Made by a program: the position numbers and the translations under genes. This document shows positions 1 through 12,900 of a DNA stretch of 64,000 nt, one piece after another. The notes below the pieces were generated by a model. It ran no database searches, was not told the DNA's origin, and was given only the letters and a program-made list of their open reading frames with translations. The stretch covers positions 38,342,103 through 38,406,102 of the forward strand of contig CM074519.1 of the NCBI GenBank assembly GCA_037379345.1, read 5' to 3'. The first letter of the stretch is position 1, and each line of letters begins with the position of its first letter. This DNA is from Perna viridis (taxonomy: Eukaryota).

Positions 1-318
1 TTAGAGCCTCAAGTTTTCTTTGTTTGTCACAGTTGTTCTCACTAACTTGCATGGCTGAAGAATATCTGACAAGAGGTGTCTCCCCTGTCGTCTACCGATT
101 CCCGAATGACTGACATATCACTCAGGATTTGAATTCCAAAACAACAGCAATCTAATTATTATTATTATTATTATCAAGAAGGAAAAGTGGCTTTAAAATA
201 ATCCCAGTAGATATGATTTCTCGTGCAATTGTAAACATTACAATTTAGAAAAAAAAATCTATGATTTTTCTGTCTTCATTACCGCAGCAGACGTTTTGAT
301 AGCCCATGTGGTAGCAAG

Positions 319-368
319 GGTAATCAAGGGAACCAAGGTTATAGCGGTAATCAAAAGAATGCAATCCA
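319..368 (-). mobile_element. Penelope-like element 3' tail fragment
   Basis: GTAATCAAGGGAACCAAGGTTATAGCGGTAATCAAAAGAATG closely matches the tails at 35221 and 62512, which are attached to RT remnants. Confidence 0.7.
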
Positions 369-3300
369 ATTTCTACAAAGAAAAAAACGTTTATTCAAAC
401 TGCAGAAAATCAACTTTAAAAAGCATGGTAAAACTTATTTCAGAGTGACAATCTACAAGACCGGTCGGGTCCTCCTTGTCCCCTGTTTACGAAGTGTTAC
501 TGTGAATAGCCCAGGGTCAGTACAGGACAGATGATAATGAGATAATCGACAAAACAAACAAAGTCATTAATCTCATCGTTAACCAGGATTGAAAACAAGT
601 TTATCGACCGAGTGATTTTCTCCCCCACAAGACCGTTCAGATTTACCACGGGCAATTTAAGCCAATTTTCTATTGAGCATGTTTAATATTGACATATCGT
701 TGATTGCTCAGTTGACATTTTTACAGAAATTTATTTTCATATTGAAAAGCAAGTTGTATTTTATTGTGTCTTACATGTACCCAGGCGCTTCCAATCCATC
801 AAAATATGCGAATAGAACTAGTACCTTTATTGTTGTATCAATACTTGTAATATAGGCCTTTCGTGTGGTTTACAAAACATTTTCTTCGTTATTCTGGTTT
901 GCTTTTGTTGGTATTAAAGCATACAAATATATTGTTTTTATTTCGGTGTCGCATATCAGATATACAAATATTCAGCCTTTATTATTCTGTATATTATTCT
1001 CCATTATTTTGCAAAGTATGTTTAAAAAATATTTTTTTATTTGCAACTCACCCTATCCTAATCTGAAAATTTGTTGTTGTTGTTCTGTTTTGATTTTTGT
1101 TTTGAGTTTTGTTTTGTTTTGTTTTGATAAAAAAAAACTTTCGACCATTATTACGTTCAGTTATAACGTAGAATCTGGACTCGCACAAAACACACTGACG
1201 ATATGGTTCTTTCGAGTTTCATTTCAAATCAAAGTTTAGCATTACATTCAAATGTCGTTTACTTTTTGTTTTCTTCTTTCCTATGGCAATTTGTATCGAT
1301 TTTTTGTACATTCTGCAGACGATATTATATTTTTCTCTTCTGCTATGACGTATAATTCCTTTGATTTATTTAATAGTCTGTGGGTAGAGGTTTTACACCT
1401 CCTTGCTGAAGAGGTTTATCAAAGCGTTTGGTGCGGTTTTGTACACAAATCAAACCCGTAAAGTGAAAAATAAAATTTTCATAACGCTACTTAGTTTTGA
1501 AGATAAATATATCGTTTTTGAAGTTGTGATTGGAGCAAAGATATGGGAGAGATTGTCTAAACACTGATAAAATCACAGCCCCTTTCCACTCTTTGTCCTG
1601 GGAAACCTGTTCAGATTTAATAGAAATCCTCTTCATCATTTGTTTAAATGAAAATTCACTTGTGGTGGGTTAATGGTCGTTTTGTGACCAGATTGAGCGC
1701 TGTTTGAGTGGAGAGATTTAAGATTGTTGGCTCTTTTCGTGTGTGTTTCACTTTGAGGTTTCATTTTACGACAAACAACAGATTTGATATTAGTACAGTA
1801 CTTGATATTAACACACACGAGTTGTCGTCCTTTGTATATTTTTTTTTCTTTCTATGACACTAGACAAACGAAGAAAATGTCATTTATTTTTTTAATTTTA
1901 ATTCCAGTCAGCAAACCGAGCAATATTAAATTTGTCTGTCGCGGAATCTTATTACGACGATTAAAAAATCAGTCGAAAGACCTTTAAAATCTTACGAATT
2001 TTCAATAAATATGTTACTTGCTGTGAAAAAATTGGTATCTATTGTTTTGTCTCAGACACTTTAATGAGTAAAATATTGAAATTATCTCACGGAGTAAGAC
2101 TAGCAGCTATTTCTTCCATTTAGGTCCTGTTGCGACCGGTTACTAAATTAGAATGAATATCAAGATCAGTCCACAGAATTATATTTTAGTAATTTAATTC
2201 AGGAATCGAAATTATCGAATACTTTCTATATCTGATTTAGATTTTTTTACTTTTCATCCTGTGTCAGAATACGTAATTGTCCAGTTTATGATATATTCAA
2301 TGCCATTGTTGATTCCCAGAATTAAAAATACATCGGTCTAGTATGAATATTTTAATGTTGATATTTTGTAAATAAAAAATTAAATTCAAATACATATGTT
2401 TTTCGAAATTGTCAACTCGTGGCAGGAACAATTAGCATAATCTTCGGCAATATACCAATAATCTTCTAGACACCTTGACGAAATTAAGAGATTATGAGTA
2501 ATTAATTATATTGTCATAATTAATCATAATTTAATCGTCATCTTGATAATCCCCCCCCAATGATCAGTAAAGGTGTCGCCACATTCAAGTGTCATCTCGT
2601 GTACTGTTGAACAATTACCACCCCCAAGACTTGTGTCTTCTTTATTTGAAAATATTGCCTCTTTATCACTTGTCCCTAGTTTAACAGAATAACACAATCT
2701 CATACCCTATTTGAGCTACAGAATAGTACGAACAGAGTAACTCATATAAGAGAAAAATTAATACTTAATTTGCAAAAAAACGATTATAGTATACATTTCA
2801 GCATAGAGATAATTATCACAATTCTTTGACTAAATATAGCAATGAACCTTTCATTTTAAGCATACACAAAAGTGGCATTTTTTTTCTTCAACTCTAATCA
2901 CAAAACATGAGGTGGTTTAAGTGCTTAATTTAATTACTCTGCATAATGTAACTACTGGAGATTTATATTTCGTTTACTTCTTATCGCTGTCGGCGCCAGT
3001 GTAGACCTTGTTTTTCTTAACTCATTCTTTAACTGGCATTTACAACTCTTTACATATTAAACTCCTCCTACTTCAGAAATTTGGCACCAAGTTTTATATC
3101 CGCTTTCAATTTTATTTTTAATGCATGTCAACATGTAAGATGTTACCGTGAACCGGGTTTATGAAATATTGTTGAAATCCAGTCTCTTCGAAACATTCAA
3201 ATCATTTTATTCATATGAAAGCTTAAGGTTCATTAGTTAACATAAAAATTCTTTAATTTTCACAGCATATTAATTGAATTTCATTATTATTAGATATCGA

Positions 3301-3512
3301 TAAATCTTTTAAAATAAATTATCCACTATCTAGTTATCCCAGATTGAGTACTAATATTTCACTAATTGCAATTTATACAAGACATCTTTCTGAATGAAAA
3401 CCCCCCTATACAAACAATTTTGATCTATGTCCTTGAGAATAGATAGATTTATCATTTAATATAATTATACACTTATCATACCAGTAAATCACTTCAAGTA
3501 AGTAAATAAACG

Positions 3513-3807
3513 AGGGGGCGTGGTCTAACCAGCTGATCTTTTATTCAATGATGTGTTGACACATAAAACAAAGGTATGCTCCGCCCTATACAGTTAATAA
3601 TACGAAAGAAAATTATCAATTCTATACCTTGACTCCGCCTATCTATTTTTCCATTGGCCAAATGGGAAATTTGAGCCAATCAGAAATAAAAGGAAATTAA
3701 TTATGCAGATTTGTTCTTATATTTCTGAAAATTGTTAAGATTTGATGTGAGATAATTTTGCTTCCTATATAGGGCTAACAAATCTGCATTTATATCAGTA
3801 ATCAGTT
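3513..3807 (+). promoter_or_regulatory. Putative Tbx2/3 proximal and core promoter
   Basis: GC boxes (GGGGCGTGG ~3515, CCGCCC ~3582, CCGCCT ~3635). CCAAT boxes (ATTGG ~3653, AGCCAATCAG ~3674). TATATA at 3766-3771 inside CCTATATAGG. Inr-like TCAGT with its A at 3797, ~31 nt after the TATA, and a second TCAGTT at 3802. Confidence 0.7.
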
Positions 3808-3903
3808 TTTGATTTGGACAGTATACACTTGTTACAAAATACTTAGTGAACTTGAACAACTTATGTATACGAAATATTTATGTATTATTGGACTTAAGAA
3901 AGT

Positions 3904-4256
3904 ATGATTTATCAGGGAAACAATTCGGACTTATCAATGGCTTACAATCCGTTCTTCTTACATCGTCCATCGGACTATAGTGCTCTACTAGCTCAACAGC
4001 AACAATATCTATCAAACATTGCCCTACAGGGGCCGGGATATGCTGCTTCCCTGCTTCCTAAGCTACAACAAGCTATGGGTAGATCCCCTCTTACTCCAGC
4101 AGATTTATTGCATCCCCTCCATCAGAGGCAGATAAGGAATATGGACCCTCCGGAATCTGAGATCCATGACGACCCAAAAGTTGAATTAGAGGGCAAAGAT
4201 CTATGGGATCAATTTCATAAAATAGGCACAGAAATGGTCATCACAAAATCTGGAAG
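3904..4256 (+). CDS. tbx2/3: Tbx2/3 (omb-like) T-box transcription factor, coding exon 1
   Basis: ATG at 3904. A second ATG at 3937 opens the Tbx2/3-typical MAYNPF motif. The exon ends with the T-box start DDPKVELEGKDLWDQFHKIGTEMVITKSG. Donor AG|GTATGT at 4256/4257, phase 2. Confidence 0.93.
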
Positions 4257-5770
4257 GTATGTACCGGTAGTATTTATATTAGAAATATTCTTTACAAACT
4301 TCTATTATCTTATTTTATTATCAGTGCGTTATTTCATCATTTCCACACATTAGATAATTAAAACTAATGTGAATTATCCAAATTTTGAGAAAATAGTTTT
4401 TGAAAATGTAAAATAGCATTTCTATTTAAATTAAAGCGAATAAAGTGCACTTTTCTGAATCAAATTAGCATTATCATTTATATGACATTCACTGCAATAA
4501 AATAAAAATAAAATAATTATTTTATTATATTTCTAATTCAAACTTATCGGAGCATTATCGAAAATTTTACGAAAGATGTGAAGCAGCTATCGTTTATCTC
4601 TTCTCCAACCCAGCCTCTATAAAATTTAATTTTATCGTCGCCTGTTAACAAGACGCGAGGAGGGTAGATAAAATCTGGAACGGAGTTCCGCAGCGGGGAA
4701 ACTTGTTTTACCTGATACCCCTTACCACACAGGAAGAAAGAATATAAAATGCTTCCACAAGGATTTCGTGTTTATTTCATAAAGATAACACAAATAAAGT
4801 TTGACACTTTTAACTGTTTAATGTATATTGTCAATTTTTGTATTACTGTCATATTAAATATATTTAAATATAATGTCAAAACAAAGTGTATTCAGAAATA
4901 AATACAAACCTGCTGTGAACATGGAGCCATTGATATTTCTTTCGTTTTGAAATTACTTTATTTCCAAAATAATTTGTGTAAAAGTACAACACTAAATTTA
5001 CCATAACTTATGTTAACAAAAATTTCAAAATAACTATCAACAACATTTTTTACATCCTGAATCATCACAAATTTTCTAAATACTAATGTACTATACTGGT
5101 ACTTTATGCTTCATCAGTTTTAACAGATTTTCCTTTTTGCATATTTTCATTTTTTTTAATAATTAATTTACATATAATCAATTAGCACCCAATACCTTTT
5201 ACAAACATAATATAATGGGAGCTGCCTAATCCAGGTGTAATTAGTATTGGACCCAGTCTGTCCGGCCCGTGTTTAGGGGATTAGTGTCAGTCCGGGTCCA
5301 GTTGACACAAGACGCTTGTACACAGCACCCACGATGTATCCGTATCTATATACTTATGAAATTATGATAACGTAACAAGAGTGTTAGAATGATACACATA
5401 TCATGTAATATACAGAGTTATATTTCAGCTAATACGGATTAAAATAAAGACTAGTGATTAGATTTTCACAATAATCTGATTTAAATGAGAATGTCCAGTA
5501 AACCACAAATATTTGGTTTGATATCTTAATTCGATGTCCATCATTAACCTGAAGCCACACTAAACAAATATTTTTAAAAGGTTGATTTACATACGCATAT
5601 TTTAAAATATTTCAATCATTACTTCCATAGACCAATGATAATTTAAGCAACCTCTAAAGAGGCTTCCTTTATCAGGAACTTTATATTACATCAAAAAATA
5701 AAATAACTCATTTTTTATTTGCATTTTTTTATTTTAAGTATTTCATAAGAATAAATATTTTCATTTCTAG

Positions 5771-6038
5771 GAGAATGTTTCCTCCTTACAAGGTGAGAGT
5801 TTCTGGTTTGGACAAAAGAGCTAAGTATATTTTATTGATGGATATTGTTCCTTTGGATGACTGTCGCTACAAATTCCATAACAGTAGATGGGTAGTGGCT
5901 GGAAAAGCTGATCCGGAAATGCCTAAACGAATGTATATCCATCCTGACTCCCCTACAACAGGAGAACAGTGGATGCAGAAAGTCGTCTCATTCCACAAAC
6001 TTAAACTGACCAACAACATTTCAGATAAACACGGCTTT
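5771..6038 (+). CDS. tbx2/3: Tbx2/3 coding exon 2 (T-box)
   Basis: Acceptor tttctag|G completes the Arg codon. Encodes [26 protein letters not shown]...[17 protein letters not shown]...[14 protein letters not shown], diagnostic of Tbx2/3. Donor TTT|GTAAGT, phase 0. Confidence 0.97.
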
Positions 6039-7630
6039 GTAAGTATTAAATCATTTTCCCATTTAAATCAAATTTAAAGAAAAAAATTATGAAATTGAAT
6101 CTTATATATGATTATTTTGTTTACATAATATAATATAGTTAAATATTTTTAATCATTTTTAACGCAATTAAAAAAATGCTTTTCTTGTCTGCATAATTTT
6201 TTTGATATCTAATAGATGAAACACAAATTATTTCTATACAAATATACTGCTAATGAAGCGTATTCTTGCAATTACCTCCCTACTTCACAGATCCCTCCTC
6301 CAAATTAGTAAAAATCGCTGAATTTAATATTCCGTATAATTCAATAATGAACGAATAAAAAGATGCATTAGATACAAGAGATGAAAGGTCGGCCTGTCTT
6401 TATCCTGGGTCTGGTACGGATCATGCAGTCATTGTTTTGGAACAATCCTGTTAATGTGATGACCTCCTGTACAAGAAATGACATAGCATGTACGTAACAT
6501 GTGCGTCTAATTTCCCCTGCGTCGTTATGCGTCTACTTTGTATCTAACTAGCTATTAGTAAATTATATAACAACCTCGGTCTTCATTACTATATGTTTTT
6601 GCATTTATTTGCAAACACATGTATATAAATAGCCAGAACTGTTATTTTTGGGGAAGAAATTTTGACCTAAGTAAATAGAAATTAAATATCTATTCATTCT
6701 ATTGAGTAGAACTTATATCTATATGGAAGTTCCGAGGCCTGAAAACGAATATACGAAGAATTTGACAATAAAATTCAAATTTTATAAATAATGGTACAGG
6801 TTTCTATTTTCTTCTAATTTTTGGATTCACAAGTGTGCAAATGGCAGTTCGTTTTAGGAAGTAAACGTGAAAGTTGAGGAGCATTATCACTTCAGTGGGA
6901 GTTTTTTAACGTCTGTGTGGGGTGTTAGTTTTTTTTCTCCTCGTCTATACAACTGGGAAAATTTTCACTTAATTTCCATAAGCACTTAATTTGTATACAA
7001 TGAAGATTGTTAGCTTTGTCAAATAATGCCGATAATTAATCGCTAATACCCCTAACAATGTAACACCTTTTTCATCAAGGCGAGGGAATTCTTAATTTAC
7101 GGATAAAGCGCAACTCTTCCTAAAGTGTAAATGGCGCCGAGTATTTTAAGCTAACCCGGCGGTCAGTTCTGATATCAGTATTTGGAATCTATTGCTCAAT
7201 TTTCGGGGATTAGCTTATAAGCCGCCGTTAGGAATACAATGATATACGGACAATGCTCATTAAATGAAAATTCGTATATGAAGGACCTCATGCGAAATAA
7301 TTACTGGCCGATTTCACTTGATGAAATTGATTGACTGCTTCGGTGATGGGTCTTAAAGACCCTATCATTCTCTGAATAATTGAGAAATATGCCAACTTAA
7401 AGACTAATTATGCATATGTCGATTCAATTTTCCAGCCGACTAAATGTGCAGAAATGTACTGATCCACTTCATATTTATTCATTAAAATAATCCCCGGGAT
7501 TTGTTTCAAATGTCACCGGTTATGATAAAAATAATCCTGGGGACTTTAATATTTGACAGTTGAAGTAATAGAGGACTAAGATTGTCGCCCTTACTATGTC
7601 ACTTGTTCATTTGTGTTTTGTTCATTTCAG

Positions 7631-7777
7631 ACAATCCTAAACTCCATGCACAAGTACCAGCCTCGTTTTCATCTGGTTCGAGCTAACGACATTCTGAAAC
7701 TTCCATACTCTTCCTTCCAAACCTATGTTTTCAAAGAAACATATTTCATCGCAGTTACAGCCTACCAAAATGAAAAG
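7631..7777 (+). CDS. tbx2/3: Tbx2/3 coding exon 3 (T-box)
   Basis: Acceptor tttcag|ACA. Encodes [49 protein letters not shown]. Donor AAG|GTATAT, phase 0. Confidence 0.97.
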
Positions 7778-8226
7778 GTATATTTGTTTTATATTAGCTT
7801 AAGCTTTTAAATTTAATCTGAAATCAGACAATTTAGAAAAAGTATATCTAATGACTTGACCGCACACGCTTATCCTTAGGGAGCTTATGAATGGAAGCTG
7901 GGCTTTCCGGTGACATATACACAAATATACCATACGTGGTCTGTATATTTTATTTTGAAAGATTGTTATTGATAACCTCTCCTTGTAGAAAACACAAGTC
8001 ATTATGCAGAACTTCTAAAGCACCCAAATGTCAGAATAATTATTAAGTTATGTATATAATTAGTGACTGGAGTAACACACGTAATGCTGACCGTTCTCCA
8101 TCAATGCTAGGCTCTGTAACCGATTTCTTAAATATCATGGAAATCGATTACAAACCAAGCAATATTATAATAAATATTTCCAGCAGCTGAGTATAGTAGT
8201 TGTAACGCGGGTTCTCTCTGTTACAG

Positions 8227-8303
8227 GTAACACAACTCAAGATTAACCATAACCCATTCGCCAAGGGATTCAGAGACCAGAATGGCAACAAAAGAGACAA
8301 AAA
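8227..8303 (+). CDS. tbx2/3: Tbx2/3 coding exon 4 (end of T-box, basic NLS-like stretch)
   Basis: Too short for the ORF track; translated by hand. Acceptor ctctctgttacag|GTA. Encodes VTQLKINHNPFAKGFRDQNGNKRDK(K). Donor AA|GTAAGC, phase 2. Confidence 0.96.
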
Positions 8304-8508
8304 GTAAGCTTATAACTGATTATGAATAAATTATTGAAATATTGTTAGTGTAAGAACTGTTTTTGAATAAATCCGTATTGTATAACAATGATGAAAGTAT
8401 CTAAAGCTAAGTATACTAGTATTCACAAAAACTGTTTGTACTCGTGAATACTAATAATATACCTTAGTCTGTTAGATTGTTTCATGTATTTTCTTTTCTT
8501 ATTTTCAG

Positions 8509-9649
8509 ACGCCACATTTCTGGTTCATCAGCAGGACAACTTTTCCAGTCAACAGATAGAGAACATGCTAAAGCTGACACAACTCTCACCGACGATGAAG
8601 ATGAAACTGAAATTTGTGTCGATGCAACTGATGATGTCTCAACTGAAGTCTCTTCAGCGACAGAGCTTAAGGGAATCATCGCTACTGAACAGGAAAATAA
8701 TCTAAACATAAAAATTCCACAAGGTATACATTCGGATGTTTTTGGAGACAAGCCATTGATCGGCTCAGTTGATGACCCAGTCCACAAGGAAGGTTTCCAA
8801 CGAACCGACGCTAATCTAAGTCTGACGTCATCATCAAACGATGAACTTGACCGATCGGATATCAGTAATGTATCACCACAGAAAAGTGACAGTGACACTG
8901 ATCATGCGCATTCAGATGATTCTCTAGCCGAAGAAAAAGTGAAAGCCCCACAAAAATCACCAGAAATTAGTTTTCATTCAGACTCCGACGAAGGAAGTCG
9001 AAAAGAGCCGATCAAACCACCAAACGTTACAGTTGTTCAACCATCAGCTACACATGCGATGTTTCCGTTTATGTACCCTTCTAATGGACTTTTCTCATCT
9101 TCGTCGTCACTCCCTTTTCCACTTGGACACATGTTGTTCAACTCTGGAAATTCAGCATTCTCATCTCAACTTCCATTTCTCTCACAAGGACACAATGACA
9201 TGAACTCTTTACCACCGTCACATCCGCTATCTCTTTCATTATCGAACCAATCTTTGTTACAACCAGCATTCAGTACATCCGGAAGTTCAAATTACGTAGG
9301 AAGTCCAACGTCGCCGCCAAACCAACCGTCTCACCTTGGACCAATGTTCTCGTCCCGACCTAGTCCACGATACACACCATATTCGCTTCCCTCTACAAAA
9401 ACGACAATGGCGACATCTACATCACCGGTATCAGCGACAGGAAACCCACTTTGTCTAACTTCTGATTCACCTCCATCAATTTCACCGAGAATGAACGGAA
9501 TTAACCGACATTCGCCGGGCAGTCGGAGCCCACTTTCACTGAACATTCCGTCATATGATAGTATAAATAACCGAACCAGCAATGACATTCGAAGCATGGA
9601 GCGAATGCTTTATGGGATAAATCGATCAAGATTGGAGTCAGACAAGTGA
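8509..9649 (+). CDS. tbx2/3: Tbx2/3 coding exon 5 (acidic, Ser/Pro-rich C-terminus)
   Basis: Polypyrimidine tract and ttttcag|A complete the Lys codon in frame with ORF 8477-9649. Contains RPSPRYTPY (RF/YxPY motif) and NDIRSMERMLYGI (like the Tbx2/3 C-terminal ELQSIQRLVSGL). The five exons total 1986 nt, an exact multiple of 3. Confidence 0.9.
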
Positions 9650-9674
9650 TTCTGTCGTGGTTTTCTTTGTTGCG

Positions 9675-9687
9675 ATTTATTTATTTA
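9675..9687 (+). promoter_or_regulatory. AU-rich element in the Tbx2/3 3' UTR
   Basis: ATTTATTTATTTA, three overlapping ATTTA pentamers, ~25 nt after the stop codon. Confidence 0.5.
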
Positions 9688-9953
9688 TAATAGACGGGTA
9701 TTTGTTTTTAAGTTTTCTCCTATATCAATGTAGAAATGTCATTACTTTACTTCGAACGTTTTAGAACCTGTGTTGTTCTATAAATAGATCTTTAGATCAA
9801 GTGCTCAAGAAGTAATCACGTGACAAGAGGGCAGTTCCGGTGAATGCCAATGACAATATTACATGACATTGAACAGAATGGCAAATATTTATGATGTTTT
9901 CAGGGCTTGTACAATGGGCGATGTGCAATATTTCTTCCCAGCATGTATCTGAA

Positions 9954-9959
9954 AATAAA
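9954..9959 (+). terminator. Candidate polyadenylation signal
   Basis: First AATAAA I see after the stop codon, followed by T/GT-rich sequence at ~9985-10007. Other AATAAA hexamers occur further downstream. Confidence 0.35.
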
Positions 9960-12900
9960 CAAATGAAATGAAATTATTGATATTTTCTTTTCAAATGTAT
10001 GTGTTTGTAAAACAAAGCATTTATCACTAGAAGCTAATACATCTTACAAACGAACACAAAACAAATAAAGAAAATTTGCACGTGTTTACTAAAACAAAAA
10101 AAAATCAAACACAAAAATAAGAAAAAATTACTGAAAAAAAAAAAACAACAAAAAATCTTATCCATTGTTTGCACATTGACGACTAAGTAAATGGTCTTCA
10201 ATACTAGTGTTCCGGTTATGAAGTTTTATTATGAGTTCAAGGTCATTCCAGATAAGTACTACAGTAGTCTTGTTCTTGTTTTGATCTGCATTGACGTTTT
10301 AGTTAGGTTTATATATTGTTTTGACGTTATTGTGTGTGTTTTTTTTTGTTTTGTTTTTTTTTTTGTGTATGCGTTTTATAGCTGTTAACTGTTATTTTAT
10401 ATTTCGTGACACTCAAATCAACTACATGTAATACAGTACATACTAGTACAATTTATGTAGAGAAGAAGAAGTCTTAGCACAAGGCTATAAACAAAACATA
10501 CTATGGTGAATCCATCTGCTTTAAATACATGTTGAAAATTCGAAATTTGTAAGATTTACATTTTATGGAATACTTAATACACCTCCCTGAACCGAAAGCT
10601 GATGATATTAGATGGAAGAAAGATTATTTCATGCGTTTTCGGTTGACTTGTGCCACACGGAGTAATAACTCGTCAGAAATGGGTATAATCATGTCAGACA
10701 TACTACCCTGATTCGACCCTTACTGCACAAGAACACTCGTAAATCTAACATGGGTTGGTAAAATCATGCAAGCAAAAGTTAAATTAACTATTCGCATGAA
10801 AATTGATACTTTGAAAAACAACAAATCCCTTTCGAAACAGTACAGTTGTTCAACAAAATATATAACTGATTAGAAATTTTCAACAATATTTTATTTCGTT
10901 ATGAAATATTCAATTACCCTATATATAATAATGGAAAATATTTGATAATATGACCTATCGTCCGTTTGCATTGCTAATACACAACCTTTTAAATTGTGTA
11001 TTGAAATAACTGACGTGGCGGAACACTGTAAGTGTCTTTACGAAATACTGATATCTTTGTTTTTGATGAACCCTTTTATATTGGCATTTCGTGCACATAA
11101 CAATTATTTCACCTTATTTTTAAATTTTCGTCAGATAAGACAAGTTAAGGTGTAGTATTTTACAAGTTTTTCAATGGCCGCCACCTGAGCGGAACTAGTT
11201 CTATAGTCTTGTATCGCTTGCTTTATATCTAAGGTCAACTTTAGCTGTGAAAGAAGATCCAACTTTGTAAAGCAGTTATTAGATAATGACTATAACATGC
11301 CAAAGGAACATATGACTATTTAATTACCAAAGATTCATTTAGTTTTAATTAACATTGTCCAAACGCAGCCAGGAGAAAACCTTACCTTTTGATGTTATAG
11401 AAGGCCTAAGATGTGCCATATTAACTCTAGTTGAACTAATTCGACTTAACATTTTTTTCGGACGATGATTACGTGGGGTACCATGGGGTTTATGGATTCT
11501 TAACCTTTTCGTGGAAGCTAATAATAAAAAGACACAACAAGTTCCATATAGTGCATGGACGGTATTATGTAAGTTGCCAATAAAAAACAGGAATTTTAGA
11601 TTTATAAAGTTTTGATATAACTGATTAAATAAAGCCATTATCAGTAAGGAACCTTTAATTTACAAACTGCAGACACCTCCATTTTGTTATCTCAGCTTGC
11701 ATCAAATGGGTCAGTTTACAATGACAGTTTACCTGCATATCGAACAGTAATATTAATGACATATATTCTAAAGAAAGTCACCACAGTATTGTCTCAAATT
11801 TTACTACGTTTGACAGTTCTTCGAAAGTGTCCCTTATATGGATTAGTCCGGATTTCTACACTGCTAGCTAGGCAACCTTAAGTTCAGTGCACCGGATTTA
11901 ATACATTTCTTCCCAGTGTTGGTTATGTTGCAATTTCTTTAATATGTCCCCTAATTATTTTGTCGTCAGTCATTATCATTACTTTTCTTCTTCATGGGCA
12001 CTTGTTCCATATAATTTCAAAATTGGGCAACATTGAAGAACAATGTTCTTTGGTTAGAGAGAACACCGAGGACATTGCCTCGGATTAAAGTTCATACCCG
12101 GATATTTACCAAATCTTATGTGTGTATGTTATACTTATAACAACGATTAATAATTATAACAGCTTTCTGCATCTTAACCTAATCGAAAGAGTATTGTAAT
12201 TGGGGACAGGAAAGTCAATATTATGACCTACGATATGACTTAAGACCGTGATAAGGTATAAACAACAATGCGCAACGGCCGTTAATGAAATATTTTGGAT
12301 TCAGTATAATTGTATATTGACGGAACTAAAATTAATGAAAAATAAAAATAAAATCATTTTTTAAAGTCAACAAGCACTGCTCGTATTTAACAAAAAACAA
12401 AACATAAAAAGTTGATTCAGAAAACATTGCCTGAAATGTCCACACATTATAAATATAGCGTTAGCAACGATTTCACTGAAAGATACTTTTTTTGTAAAAG
12501 TTGTCATATATTTTCTTCCAAAAATAGAAAATCTTCTAGAACTCCGTCAGATACTGTGACGATTTTCAATAAAGCTAAACATGTCGATAATGGACTTGAT
12601 AAAATGTTAGTAATGTCCAAAATATCCTCGTTTTATGTATTTATCAGCCGTACAGATGGAGAATAGGTTCTCCTTTTATTTTGTTACAACGCCCCTCTGT
12701 GTTGAACAAACTCAGAACTATAATGGGGATAGCTAAAAGAAGACATTCTCTCCACTTTAATAACACGGTATTATACGACACGAGACAAATTTGCAAATGA
12801 GGTAGTCAAATTCTGTTTGAAATGTAGCACTGTCACTCGCTACCAATTAAAGAGTACCAGATCGGACTTCGTTATTACATTGCAATAAAACTAAAGTAAT

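Noticed and set aside
673-1987. Short F/L/I/K-rich ORFs here and throughout 10-64 kb
   Set aside because: Composition is what random AT-rich DNA produces, many start at non-ATG codons, and there are no domains or consistent splice structure.
8482-9597. Antisense and alternative-frame ORFs over exon 5 (8482-8898, 8484-8705, 9331-9597)
   Set aside because: Shadows of the real Ser/Pro-rich coding frame, with no independent motifs.
11354-11367. 14-nt match to miR-219 (ATTGTCCAAACGCA)
   Set aside because: The seed and 3' end mismatch and no precursor hairpin is evident; treated as chance.
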